From a virus (lineage: Duplodnaviria > Caudoviricetes), in IMG/VR virus record IMGVR_UViG_3300042258_000071, positions 64,001-128,000 of that record: DNA of 64,000 nucleotides; one strand, 5' to 3'. Positions 1 to 10,238 of this stretch are shown here, in pieces. Each line of letters begins with the position of its first letter. The first letter of the stretch is position 1. The notes below the pieces were generated by a model. That model saw only the letters and a list, made by a program, of their open reading frames with translations. It did not search any database and was not told the DNA's origin. Position numbers and translations under genes: made by a program.

Positions 1-2752
1 TACTGCTGCAGGGGGTTGGGTTGGATCTAAATTGACCTCTGCAAAAAATGTCATTAAAAAAGCAGGCAAATCTATTTCAAGAGTAGGCGCTAAAGCGATT
101 TCTAAAGTTGGCGGTACCGCTGTTGTCAAAACGATTGCAAAAGTAGGCGGGAAATCTATTGTTAAGAAGATTCCATTAATAGGTCTTGTTGCTGGTGCAG
201 GATTTGGGATCGACCGTGCGATCGATGGAGACTACTTAGGTGCCCTTGGAGAGATTGCATCTGGAGCCGCCTCTATTATTCCCGGTCTTGGTACGGCAGC
301 ATCTGTTGGGATTGACGGATGGCTTGTCTATCGCGATTATGCAAGTGGTGGTCCACAAAAGGCTATCATCGATGCCCGTATGGAGGCTTATGGCTTTAAA
401 AATCACTCTAAAGATCAAGTGAAAACAATTTTATTGCTAGAAGAGAAAGCTCTTAAAAAAATTAAAGCAGGTGCTGAAGTTTTCAACATCGATGATGTGA
501 AAGAAGTTACTACCAGTCTTGGATTTGACGCTGCATCAGATGATGATGTTGCATATGTTGCAGGATGGCTTAAAGCACGATTCTTGCGCATCTACAGCAT
601 GTATTTATCAACGATTGGTGATCTAAGATTGAGTGTAGACGAATCTAATAAATGGGATGACGTTCAAATTGAAGCCGTCATTACAAACTTTAAATCTCGC
701 AGTAAATCTATTTTGGAACTTGCAGTTGATTTCGTTCCTTATCCAGAAGGATATCGACGTCTTACAAATGCAAGTGCTCTTTCAAGCGATCCCTCTAAAC
801 GATCGGGAACAACGATTCCCCATCAAGAGAGATCTCGCGCAGAAGAAATTATCAAGAAACAAACTCTTAATCACATTAATACCCAACGACACTCTAAAGG
901 ATCTTCTACACAAGTGCAAGTATCCTCTCCTTTTACATCAACATTTGATGCCTTAGGAGACGGTTTTCACTCGATGAGATTTAAAGCCTATGGAATGAAA
1001 ACCTCTGAACAACGAAATGCTGTTATTAAAGCAGAACGCCAAATCACCCGGTGGGCTAAATTTAAACGGTATGTTAAATATGATGACCCTATTACAGAAA
1101 TAAATCTTGATAGACTCGCAATTGCATTTAGGGTTAAATTATCAGATACTGATCAGGTGTCACACTTTAATGCGTGGGTTCTCCATCGGTTTCTTCCAGT
1201 ATTAAAAACCTATGTTAAAAGTGCTGATATGTTTAATCGTGATTATGTCTCGGTTATCACATTAGAAGGTACTGAAGCAACTGATTTTCAAAAACTCTTT
1301 ATCTCTGAAGTATCTAAACTTAATTTTGGAACTGATCTCACTCCATATCCAGATACCTATGACGTCACGTCGCTTGAAGGAGAGACGGGATCGACAGCAA
1401 AAGCAAATGAAGTCATAAGTCAAACAACTGCTAAAGTTAAAGGGCAAAGTCGACGAACGGCTTCTGTTACTGTAAACTCTTCTAGAAAATCTTCTGAAAT
1501 GATAGCTTCTGTTGAAAATAACTCTGCAGCTAACGATCTAAGTGCAGGATATGATTGGAAGGGACTTGGATCTTTAAGTGCCCTACATGAATCTAATAAG
1601 AGTGGATCTGGTGCGATCGGGTATGATCGTCAAGGTGGAACGTCTTATGGGAAGTATCAGATCTCCTCTGCACGAGGGACATTTAGTAAGTTCTTAGAGT
1701 TTCTAGATTCACAAGGTGGGAATGGTGCTAAGATTGCCCAGCGGCTTCGAGAGGCAGGGAAGTCTAATACTGGATCAAAATCTGGTGGTGTTCCTGAAGA
1801 GTGGAACAAGATTGTGTCAGAAGGATTAATGGGGGATTACGAACATGCGTTTATTAAAGCAACGCATTATGATCCTGTTATGTTTAACCTCCCTGATGAG
1901 ATTAAAGATCTTGTAAACTCCTCTAAGACTCTTCAAGATGTAGTATGGTCAACAGCCGTACAACATGGTTCACTTGCAGCAACCTCCCTTATCATGAAAG
2001 CAGCCTCTGGATCTAAAGATCCTGAATCTTTTATTCGAAAGCTCTATGGAAGTCGCGTTACGCAGTTTGGAAATTCTGATGAGAACATTCAAAAATCTGT
2101 TGCAAGACGATTTGGTGAAGAGAAGAACCAAGCGCTTACGATGGTACGAGCAGAACGTCTTGAGAGGGGAGAAGACCTTTATGCAGGTCCAACCCGTCAA
2201 CCTATCAAGGATGCTTTTCGTCCAGTCACAGATGATGACGTAACGGCCCTTAAAGACAGTCTAAAAAGTCCTTCTAAAGATACGGCGTCAGTGGCACTTT
2301 CTCCTTTAACGAAATCTTCAAATATTAAAGTTACAGAGAAACCGTCTATTTTCAACACCCTGGCTCAACCCTCCCCTTCTACTACAAATACCCCAGCACC
2401 TGTTGGTCCAAGATCGTCACCTCCCAGTGCAGAAATGTATAACAAATCCATAGAGAACCAAATCTCAGAGCTTGCAAGACTGTCTCCACAAGAGATGGAA
2501 AAGGCTATCGCGAGAGGACAAACTGGAAGTTATAATGAGCTTAAGATCATAAGTCAGCATCTTGAAAAACTTGTCGCTGCAACCACAACTGCGTATGGTC
2601 GAAATGGTGCTATGGGGCAACTTGCAAAATCTATTGAGAACACTTCTAATCGACCGATCAACATCTCTCCGGTTATCATGCCTGCTTCTGAACGATCGTC
2701 TTCAAGCATTGATATCAATGTAAGACGTACTGGCACGGATACTGGGTATTGA
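1..2752 (+). CDS. Tail-associated peptidoglycan hydrolase / large tail protein (phiKZ gp181-like position), 5'-truncated
   Basis: The frame is open from position 2. It contains a lysozyme-like domain (LGSLSALHES...GGTSYGKYQISS...HAFIKATHYDP...DVVWSTAVQHG), two copies of an R-x-x-AYG helical repeat and a Gly/Ala-rich hydrophobic stretch (KKIPLIGLVAGAGFG). Confidence 0.8.
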   Translation, partial: TAAGGWVGSKLTSAKNVIKKAGKSISRVGAKAISKVGGTAVVKTIAKVGGKSIVKKIPLIGLVAGAGFGIDRAIDGDYLGALGEIASGAASIIPGLGTAASVGIDGWLVYRDYASGGPQKAIIDARMEAYGFKNHSKDQVKTILLLEEKALKKIKAGAEVFNIDDVKEVTTSLGFDAASDDDVAYVAGWLKARFLRIYSMYLSTIGDLRLSVDESNKWDDVQIEAVITNFKSRSKSILELAVDFVPYPEGYRRLTNASALSSDPSKRSGTTIPHQERSRAEEIIKKQTLNHINTQRHSKGSSTQVQVSSPFTSTFDALGDGFHSMRFKAYGMKTSEQRNAVIKAERQITRWAKFKRYVKYDDPITEINLDRLAIAFRVKLSDTDQVSHFNAWVLHRFLPVLKTYVKSADMFNRDYVSVITLEGTEATDFQKLFISEVSKLNFGTDLTPYPDTYDVTSLEGETGSTAKANEVISQTTAKVKGQSRRTASVTVNSSRKSSEMIASVENNSAANDLSAGYDWKGLGSLSALHESNKSGSGAIGYDRQGGTSYGKYQISSARGTFSKFLEFLDSQGGNGAKIAQRLREAGKSNTGSKSGGVPEEWNKIVSEGLMGDYEHAFIKATHYDPVMFNLPDEIKDLVNSSKTLQDVVWSTAVQHGSLAATSLIMKAASGSKDPESFIRKLYGSRVTQFGNSDENIQKSVARRFGEEKNQALTMVRAERLERGEDLYAGPTRQPIKDAFRPVTDDDVTALKDSLKSPSKDTASVALSPLTKSSNIKVTEKPSIFNTLAQPSPSTTNTPAPVGPRSSPPSAEMYNKSIENQISELARLSPQEMEKAIARGQTGSYNELKIISQHLEKLVAATTTAYGRNGAMGQLAKSIENTSNRPINISPVIMPASERSSSSIDINVRRTGTDTGY

Positions 2753-2771
2753 TAATTTTTTTAATAAAAAG

Positions 2772-2803
2772 ATAAGGGAGTGGGGTTAACCCCACTCCCT
2801 TAT
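2772..2803. terminator. Intergenic palindrome / bidirectional terminator
   Basis: Perfect 32-nt palindrome ATAAGGGAGTGGGGTT|AACCCCACTCCCTTAT. Confidence 0.75.
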
Positions 2804-2863
2804 GTATTCACAAGTAGATGCTGCCATAATTTGATATGTTAAATCCTTTAGGAGTATTAAGAC

Positions 2864-4804
2864 ATGATCTCAGGTATCTATAAAGACAGTAATAATTTTG
2901 TTAAAGCAACCTTTATCGTATCACTAGGTCAGCCTTTTGAAACATATAAAGAACTTGTAGAATATTCAGTCTCAGATAGCATATTTGGGACTGCAGACAC
3001 CCCAAAAGTAAGTCCTCAGATACAAGATCTTCTTGATCAAGCAAATGTCGCGAATGGTCCAACACCCATGTTCTTTACCAGGCGTGTGTGTAGGGACACC
3101 TCTTTGGGAGGCAATGATGCGATCAACTGCTATTATCAATATTGTGAAAATGATGATGTTCTCTACCCTTTATTTAAAACCACCCATGGAGATGGTGGTA
3201 TGGGGCGGGTTTATGAACAGCAGATTAACGCTAACCAACAGATCCTGTATATGACAGCTGGGTTACCTGAGTATAATAGTTTTGTAGGATTCTTTTCAGA
3301 TGCTGTAGATGCCTCTTTAGCATCCTTCATGAATGGGGGTGGTCGCTTCTCACCTTCGTCTCTTGGAAGTCTTGTTGGGACTGCTTTTGTTGGAGCTGTT
3401 TTATTACCAGTTCTCCCTCTCGTGTTTATCTATCATTCTTTAAAGAAATTAGGATCTGTTCGTATTACAAAATATTACGACTTTAGATCTGAACAAGCCA
3501 TGTATTACCGGATTGTAAATACGATCATCATTACCCTTGGAACTAACATGGGGCTTGCTAAAAATGGTATGTTAGAAGGTCCTGAGGATTCCAGAAACAC
3601 AGGGTCTCCAAATTCTGTTAAGACGTCCCAAGAGTTAAATCTAGAAGCAAGTGGCGGAACAGATGATAACTCCAATCTTCCAGATATTTTTGGTACAGCT
3701 GGTTGGGACATTCACAGGATCATGCTCAAGAAAACCTTTTATGAGACAGGTCTTGATATTAAAAACCGTAAAGATCTCTCAACAGATCAATACCTTTTTA
3801 ATCAACGAGAGGACGTGTCTCTTGAAGAGAAAAAAGATGAGGTCATTGCTGATCTTCCAAAATATTGGTCAGAGAAACTTTGGAATGGTGGGATGGCGGC
3901 ACTAGCCACGCTTCATGATGCACATCTTTTTGTAGGATTTCGCGTTGAGAAAAGTGTTGACACCTCAGAGTCCTTTTCAAATGAAACAGGGGAATCTCCT
4001 GTCAAAGCAGCTCTTGATTCTAAATATGAAACTGTTAAGAACTTAAAACATTCCATTGCAAATGGTAAGATTATTGGAGGACCGATCGGGTCTGCTATTG
4101 GGGGTATTTTTGATTTCATCACAGGTGCCGTTGGGTCTGCAACGGATGCCATAGGGTTGAGTGGTGCAACACATCTTTTAACAGCTGCAGGTAAAGTTGA
4201 TATTCCAGATATTTGGTCTGGTGCTTCTTCTCAGAAAAACTATAGTTTTAATATTAATTTAAGATCATATCTCGGTGATCCGGTATCCATCTTCCAGTCA
4301 GAATACATCCCGCTCGCAATGCTTCTTGCTCTGTTTCTTCCTCGAGCAGTTGGGACTAATTCTTATACAACACCTTTTTTAGTAAGAGCATATTGTAAAG
4401 GTCAATTGTCCGTCCCTCTAGGTATCATAGATGGTGTTACGATCCGACGTGGATCAGATCAGCATGGGTGGAACTATCAGAGACTTCCAACATCTATTGA
4501 CATCTCCTTTACCATTAAAGATTTGTCACCTGCGATGTATCCTGCCATCGGGGATGAGAGTTTATGGGGGACGATCATAGGGGAGACATCTGCTTTTCAA
4601 GAATATCTTACAACCCTCTCAGGTATGGGTCTTCGGGAGCGTATGTTGTTCTTAAATCAGATCAATCGTCGTGCAAATATTGCGATCACAACCTTATTTA
4701 ACAACACTCTTAATCCTCTCGCGTGGGGTGTTGGTGTTTCAGATACAATGATAGGTCGCACCATCGCAAGGGTTATCCCTGCAACAGGTCTCCCAACAAA
4801 TTAG
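2864..4804 (+). CDS. Virion structural (tail/baseplate) protein, phiKZ gp182-like
   Basis: 646 aa with RBS TAGGAG. Motifs DTSLGGNDAIN, IPDIWSG and PFLVRAYCKG...LGIIDGVTIRRG. Follows the tail lysin gene. Confidence 0.65.
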   Translation: MISGIYKDSNNFVKATFIVSLGQPFETYKELVEYSVSDSIFGTADTPKVSPQIQDLLDQANVANGPTPMFFTRRVCRDTSLGGNDAINCYYQYCENDDVLYPLFKTTHGDGGMGRVYEQQINANQQILYMTAGLPEYNSFVGFFSDAVDASLASFMNGGGRFSPSSLGSLVGTAFVGAVLLPVLPLVFIYHSLKKLGSVRITKYYDFRSEQAMYYRIVNTIIITLGTNMGLAKNGMLEGPEDSRNTGSPNSVKTSQELNLEASGGTDDNSNLPDIFGTAGWDIHRIMLKKTFYETGLDIKNRKDLSTDQYLFNQREDVSLEEKKDEVIADLPKYWSEKLWNGGMAALATLHDAHLFVGFRVEKSVDTSESFSNETGESPVKAALDSKYETVKNLKHSIANGKIIGGPIGSAIGGIFDFITGAVGSATDAIGLSGATHLLTAAGKVDIPDIWSGASSQKNYSFNINLRSYLGDPVSIFQSEYIPLAMLLALFLPRAVGTNSYTTPFLVRAYCKGQLSVPLGIIDGVTIRRGSDQHGWNYQRLPTSIDISFTIKDLSPAMYPAIGDESLWGTIIGETSAFQEYLTTLSGMGLRERMLFLNQINRRANIAITTLFNNTLNPLAWGVGVSDTMIGRTIARVIPATGLPTN

Positions 4805-4923
4805 GTCTAAGGAAAAACGAGTTATAACCCATCCCTTCTATCATTTCTAATGAAATGATATGATTTTAGTAGGTGCTTAGTGTAGCACTTTTTTAGTTTA
4901 TCCATAATGAGGATTTACAGGAA

Positions 4924-6534
4924 ATGAGTATTCGAGCGTTTGTTACACATCAGATTCTCAAAGAACTTTCATATAAAACCATCACGGTATTTAGCAGTGT
5001 AACATCAGACCTTCCAAATGACACCTTGACAGGTATTGTGAATGCTAAAATTAATGAATTAAGCATTGCTCCGGCAAAAACCGATGACAGCATCGGCATT
5101 CTCATTGGTCAGGTTACGCAACAAGTGCGTGATTATGTAACAGATACTGTTGCACAAGATGAAGCATATGCCATTGTCCGTAAAGACAATGATTATATTA
5201 ATTCTATTTTGAATGATATCTCAGGTAAGCTCGCTTCTAAAATTCAAATGCTTCTAACGGCCATTCGGGTGACGATCCGAGATAAAGTGGATGCTATTGC
5301 AGCAGAAGTACGAGCAAAATCATCTACACTTCTCACACAACACAACCCCTATTCTTTTGGGGAGGTTGAAATCTTTAATTGGGCGGGGTTGTCTGATAAT
5401 TATATTCGAGAAAAAGTGATCACTTTTTTCAATGAATCTATTCGGATTTTCATCGATGGTAAAGTAAATTATTCTGATAAAAACAGCATTCTCGATCGTC
5501 TCACTTCTACGATCACTCCTGCTTTAAGCGCGGCACCTATTACGGACATTGAAACAGTTAAGATGACACTCCGTGATGCTATTACAGCATCTGATTTAAA
5601 TGTGAAAATTGAAAACTGTAATGATGCAATTTCATTAATCATTAATACCTCTAAGTTAAATGATTTTGCCATTACAGTGAAAAATTCCATGGGAGACGAT
5701 TATCAGGAATATAAGTACATTCCTGAATTAATTCGTCGTGCAACAGACTATTTCATTTGTGTTGAGAATCTTGTTGATAAATTCTCTACATATGAGGATG
5801 ATCTAGGGTCCAATGCAAAATCTGTATATGCAAAATTATTGGCTCTTAAAAATCTGTGTCTTATGACGCTTGGACTCGGATATGTCTTTAAAGAAAAACT
5901 ATGGCGAGATGCCATTATTCTCCCTAAGAATTATGCATCCGAAGTTGTAACGATACCACTTATCAATGCGGATAATTATCCCACCGATGGAAATCTTGAA
6001 GATTATAACGTTGAACTTTCTAAATATGCAACCTATCTAAGGCAAGGTCAGACTTCCATCGCCTCGCAAGCCTCCATGCTCCTTGTAAGGATGGAAACTT
6101 ATAAAAAGAACAAAGAAAACTATATTGCAGCACTGGATCAAAAACAGTCTGAAGATAAGAACTCTTTAGACATCTCGAATCGTGAAGCACTGGTCTCTGC
6201 CACAAAGGTGATTCTTAATACTCATATCACTGATGAGTATGTTTCCTTTGGTCCAAATCTTCAGGCGGTCAAACCTCGTCACGACAGAGGACTTGTTCGT
6301 GTTGAAGCGATCCTTGGTCGTAAAGAGGTTACCCTCGAAGATGCCATCACTCAGTATTATTTAATCTTATTTGACAACCCAGTCCTTACACGATTTTATG
6401 AAGTGTTTAATACATATATCCGCACCAACCTTGAATCGTATGATGATCTAACCGCTCTTCGAAATTATGGTTTTTGTGAGGCTATCCTTGATGTCTTGGT
6501 AAATTATTTTAAAACACGTACCTTAGTATCATAA
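4924..6534 (+). CDS. Hypothetical (probably virion) protein
   Basis: 536-aa helical ORF with RBS GAGGA, ending at a palindromic terminator. Confidence 0.5.
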   Translation: MSIRAFVTHQILKELSYKTITVFSSVTSDLPNDTLTGIVNAKINELSIAPAKTDDSIGILIGQVTQQVRDYVTDTVAQDEAYAIVRKDNDYINSILNDISGKLASKIQMLLTAIRVTIRDKVDAIAAEVRAKSSTLLTQHNPYSFGEVEIFNWAGLSDNYIREKVITFFNESIRIFIDGKVNYSDKNSILDRLTSTITPALSAAPITDIETVKMTLRDAITASDLNVKIENCNDAISLIINTSKLNDFAITVKNSMGDDYQEYKYIPELIRRATDYFICVENLVDKFSTYEDDLGSNAKSVYAKLLALKNLCLMTLGLGYVFKEKLWRDAIILPKNYASEVVTIPLINADNYPTDGNLEDYNVELSKYATYLRQGQTSIASQASMLLVRMETYKKNKENYIAALDQKQSEDKNSLDISNREALVSATKVILNTHITDEYVSFGPNLQAVKPRHDRGLVRVEAILGRKEVTLEDAITQYYLILFDNPVLTRFYEVFNTYIRTNLESYDDLTALRNYGFCEAILDVLVNYFKTRTLVS

Positions 6535-6541
6535 TGCAAAC

Positions 6542-6575
6542 ATAAGAGTGGAGGGCATCTGCCCTCCACTCTTAT
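6542..6575. terminator. Intergenic palindrome / terminator
   Basis: ATAAGAGTGGAGGGCA-TC-TGCCCTCCACTCTTAT. Confidence 0.75.
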
Positions 6576-6688
6576 ATCTTAATATTTTACCTTAAAAAGT
6601 TCAGTATAGGTTAACTTTTTATATCCATATACTCCAAAAATAAGGTATCACATATAACCCCTACCGAGGAAGTGATGTATATTTCGGG

Positions 6689-6698
6689 TATATATTAC
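6689..6698 (+). promoter_or_regulatory. Early-type promoter motif TATATATTAC
   Basis: Contains the phiKZ early consensus TATATTAC. Upstream of a small non-structural ORF. Confidence 0.6.
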
Positions 6699-6734
6699 TA
6701 TTATGTAAAACCTCATGAAATTTGGAGAATTAAA

Positions 6735-7169
6735 ATGTTTGACGATGATCATAATGAAACAGCATCCGAGATGAAACTCGTGTATATGGAGTCGATGGAC
6801 AATGTAAGGAACAGACTTTTAAATATTGTCAAAGATCCAGAAATCGATCTGAACACTCTCGATTATAAAAGAGTTGTTACAGACATATGTACTTTTATTT
6901 TAGATTCTTCACATGTTGACGACGTCAGATTGGAAGACGGTGGTGTTTCAACTGATAGAGGTCTGACATTTCAATATGTATTTTCTGTACAATGTCGACT
7001 GTTGATCATCCTCTGTATGGATGGTGACTTTGATCGAACAAAAGAATTGTACACCAAACTTAAAACAAAAGAATGTTTGAGTTGTGTACTTTTCGTGAAT
7101 TCTAAAGTCAATATCCAATGGCGAGACATTTATAAATTTAACTTCCCTTTCAACTTCTGGAGAACCTAA
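6735..7169 (+). CDS. Hypothetical early protein
   Basis: ATG 6735 follows GGAG. TATATATTAC promoter-like motif at 6689-6698. Confidence 0.6.
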   Translation: MFDDDHNETASEMKLVYMESMDNVRNRLLNIVKDPEIDLNTLDYKRVVTDICTFILDSSHVDDVRLEDGGVSTDRGLTFQYVFSVQCRLLIILCMDGDFDRTKELYTKLKTKECLSCVLFVNSKVNIQWRDIYKFNFPFNFWRT

Positions 7170-7254
7170 CTGTGTACACAATCGACGATATTCTCGATGC
7201 GCGTGACAGTACGCATAATCGAACTGGTGTTCTGCTAGCCATTCGTATGTAAAA

Positions 7255-7282
7255 GGGAGAGGGTCCATATGGACCCTCTCCC
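7255..7282. terminator. Palindrome between convergent genes
   Basis: GGGAGAGGGTCCAT|ATGGACCCTCTCCC. Confidence 0.75.
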
Positions 7283-7303
7283 CTACTTGATTGTTATTTT
7301 TTT

Positions 7304-10231
7304 CTATTCAGCAAGTTTCCACTCAACAGTGATATCACGTTTAAGACTAAGAGACCCATCCTGATTAAGAGTTAGTTTACGACCAACCATCGGAGAAATA
7401 TCATTGTCTTTAACAAAGAGTGTTTGAGTTGTTGTAACACCATTGATACCAAGGGAGTCAATAGATTCAATGTTATCTTTAAGAGCAGCTTTAAGTTCTT
7501 CAGACATATCTTGAAGAGAAATGGTTTTCTTAGACATCTTCTCTTCAATGATGCGTTCAGTCGTGTTGATCATGGAAGTTTTAAGAGCATCATCTACGTT
7601 AACCGCGCGGGTTACATAGTAAACAATCTTAAATCCTAACCCTAAAGACATTCTCACTGTAAGCTCATTTCCGAGACTGAAATCTGCAGAACCAATGGTT
7701 CTAACAGGTTTGAAATACATTTCAGTTCGATCAATAAGGGCTCCATTCATCTCTTTAACCTGATCAACATATGCATTAATTTCTTCAGAAATGGAAGCAA
7801 GGTAGGTGATATCACTAGGCGAACTTGATGCATAAAGTCGCGCATCTAACATAAAAGATTCGATAAAATAAACTATTTCACGATTTTTGAAAATAACAGG
7901 TGCAAGATTACCCTCACTATCCCGCTCATATTTGATACTGTCTTCAGCATGTTTAAGAGTGGGTTGCCCTTCTGAATTTAAAATAATGTCTCCTTTAGAA
8001 TGTAGAAGATATGTCTTGAGAAGGTTGGGTTTAGAATTGGGATCTTGATCATCATAATCAGGATTTGGAATAACATCTACTTTAAGAGATCCATCCCCAT
8101 CAAGTTCATATACATCTTCTTGATAGGTATGATACACATCTTCAGGCCAGGTAACATACTCTTCTTGGGACCACAGTGCATCAGTTATATTAAAGATTGC
8201 CGTAGACAGATCCTTCCCAAATGAAATTGTAATCTTCTGATGTACAAGAAGGGTCTTATCTGCAAAATCAGCAGGAACATCTGGAAGTGAAAACCCCTGT
8301 GCGGTAGAGGGGAGTACGTAAGAGTCCACTAAGAAAAATACATTAAATTCTGTATCGAGAAGAATGTCTGTAATAGTCACCCCCTCACCATCATGAATCA
8401 TGGAGGTTCTAATATACCCATCTTTAGTGATGCGATAATTTGTTGGTAACACCACTTCATATTCGTCCATGTCTGGGAAGGACTGGACATATGACGCCTG
8501 AAGATAGGCTGTGTTGCTATTTCTGTCTTTTGTTGAGATGAGAATCGTAACATCCTCTCGATCTATAAGATCGAAACCAACAGATTTAATACCAAGACGA
8601 AGTGTGTAACCACCAGTACCACTGGAAAGATGCACCATCTTGGCATCAGTGATCGTCATTTGAGGGATTGCTTGAACATTCTCTTCTACGAATAAAACGT
8701 TTGTGACTTCAGGGGTGTTTAAATTGAAAGTTTTTGAAAAAGGATATTTATCATCGCGATATACAACGATGTGAAAAGGATTGCGTGTGTAGGTATTTGT
8801 ATTGAGCTCCGCTGCAAGAGCTTCCTTTGTGAGGGCTTCAAGGCTCGAGCGGGTTAAATCATCTAGCGGTGTACAAATTTCTGAAGATTCACTGTATTTA
8901 TACAGGGTGGTTGGAAGAATGACCACTGAATCGTCGTCATGTTTGAGGAGTGTTTGTGTAGTATCTACAATGTTTGATGTAAGGTGAATTTGACCAATCG
9001 TGATGGGAACTGATCGATTATCAGCATCTACCATAGTTTTGTTAGCGTAATAGATTCGAGAGGTTACATTGTCTAAATATTTGGTAAGTTTAAATCCATT
9101 ATCTTCTACAAACTTCCCAATATCAATTGCTGTAATAGGATCAGTTTTAAATGTTGATCCATAAATAACCCGTTCTTTAAGATCATTAAAGGTGATCTCA
9201 TTTCGACCGCCTTTAATAAGCTTTTGATTTGGAAGCATGTGTTGAAAAGTAAGAGCTGTTAGCATGGAAGAATATGTATTATCTGTGTCTTCTCGTAATC
9301 CAAAGTTAGCTGTGATGTTGTTAACATCTTCTGTCGTAATAGGGAGATTAAGTTCCCCCTCTGTTGTAAATATCTGAACACGGATCTCGTTACTTACAAG
9401 ACCTTGTGTAAAATAAATTTGAGGGATACTGATTTTAATACGACCAATATTACTTAAAGGTGTAATCTTAGCTGTGGGGTGGTCCCTATCGTAAATATTT
9501 TCAGATAATGTATATGAAAGTTCTTGCCAGCTCCCATTCCGTTTATGATACACACGTGCCGCCATGAAGCGATTTGTATACGCATACGAAACATTAAACC
9601 CTTGTTGAGGCGTTGTTGTTTCAATGTGTGTTTCTCGTAAAAACTGATGTGCAAGAATATCAATAGAGATGAGATCTAATCCTTGGGTTGTAAATGTTTG
9701 ATATGGGACAAGATTTGTTGATAAAGAGTGTAGGGGATTTAGTTCAGATGTGTCATATGTGACAATCATATTGCCGGTTCTAATATTAGTACGAATTTCA
9801 ATAGGGTAAAATAAACTAAAGGGTCGGTCTCCTAAGAAAATGATTGTATCTTTTGGGATCACAAGCTTTTTATAATCGACATTAAATACTTCAGATCTGC
9901 TAGCAATTTCATTGCGATCAAGGATAAACCTAAACGACAGTGAAGCAGGGTTCGCAGTCATGTGAATATAATCAAAGTCACTCATGTGTTTATAAAGATC
10001 TTCAGGTGTCGTAGCACGATAAGGATATCCGGATTCAAACTCTCGTATCATATTTCGATAGAGTTGTGACACCATAGATGACGAGGCCTCTAGAGCAGAG
10101 AACATCCCATTGTTTGGATCGGAGGGGACAAACTTTCCATCTGTTCTATTAGAAAGTTCTTCTAAAACTTTATATTGTAATCTCCCAGGATCACTTAAGA
10201 TTTCTGATGTGAGATTTTCATCATCGAACAT
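7304..10231 (-). CDS. Virion structural protein (baseplate wedge-like, phiKZ gp87-like)
   Basis: 975 aa. N-terminal DP-x-x-x-Q...DP-x-N...LE-x-S...YP-x-RA-x-T-x-EDLYKHMSDFDY. Divergent from the head-protein cluster, as in phiKZ-like phages. Confidence 0.65.
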   Translation of the reverse strand: MFDDENLTSEILSDPGRLQYKVLEELSNRTDGKFVPSDPNNGMFSALEASSSMVSQLYRNMIREFESGYPYRATTPEDLYKHMSDFDYIHMTANPASLSFRFILDRNEIASRSEVFNVDYKKLVIPKDTIIFLGDRPFSLFYPIEIRTNIRTGNMIVTYDTSELNPLHSLSTNLVPYQTFTTQGLDLISIDILAHQFLRETHIETTTPQQGFNVSYAYTNRFMAARVYHKRNGSWQELSYTLSENIYDRDHPTAKITPLSNIGRIKISIPQIYFTQGLVSNEIRVQIFTTEGELNLPITTEDVNNITANFGLREDTDNTYSSMLTALTFQHMLPNQKLIKGGRNEITFNDLKERVIYGSTFKTDPITAIDIGKFVEDNGFKLTKYLDNVTSRIYYANKTMVDADNRSVPITIGQIHLTSNIVDTTQTLLKHDDDSVVILPTTLYKYSESSEICTPLDDLTRSSLEALTKEALAAELNTNTYTRNPFHIVVYRDDKYPFSKTFNLNTPEVTNVLFVEENVQAIPQMTITDAKMVHLSSGTGGYTLRLGIKSVGFDLIDREDVTILISTKDRNSNTAYLQASYVQSFPDMDEYEVVLPTNYRITKDGYIRTSMIHDGEGVTITDILLDTEFNVFFLVDSYVLPSTAQGFSLPDVPADFADKTLLVHQKITISFGKDLSTAIFNITDALWSQEEYVTWPEDVYHTYQEDVYELDGDGSLKVDVIPNPDYDDQDPNSKPNLLKTYLLHSKGDIILNSEGQPTLKHAEDSIKYERDSEGNLAPVIFKNREIVYFIESFMLDARLYASSSPSDITYLASISEEINAYVDQVKEMNGALIDRTEMYFKPVRTIGSADFSLGNELTVRMSLGLGFKIVYYVTRAVNVDDALKTSMINTTERIIEEKMSKKTISLQDMSEELKAALKDNIESIDSLGINGVTTTQTLFVKDNDISPMVGRKLTLNQDGSLSLKRDITVEWKLAE

Positions 10232-10238
10232 CTTTTAT

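Noticed and set aside
2830-2845. TATG late-promoter motifs upstream of structural genes
   Set aside because: A 4-mer in AT-rich DNA cannot be supported without TSS data.
7170-7250. Small hairpin (ATGCG...CGCAT) after the 6735 ORF as a riboswitch or sRNA
   Set aside because: The stem is too short to distinguish from chance, and it has no recognisable family motif.
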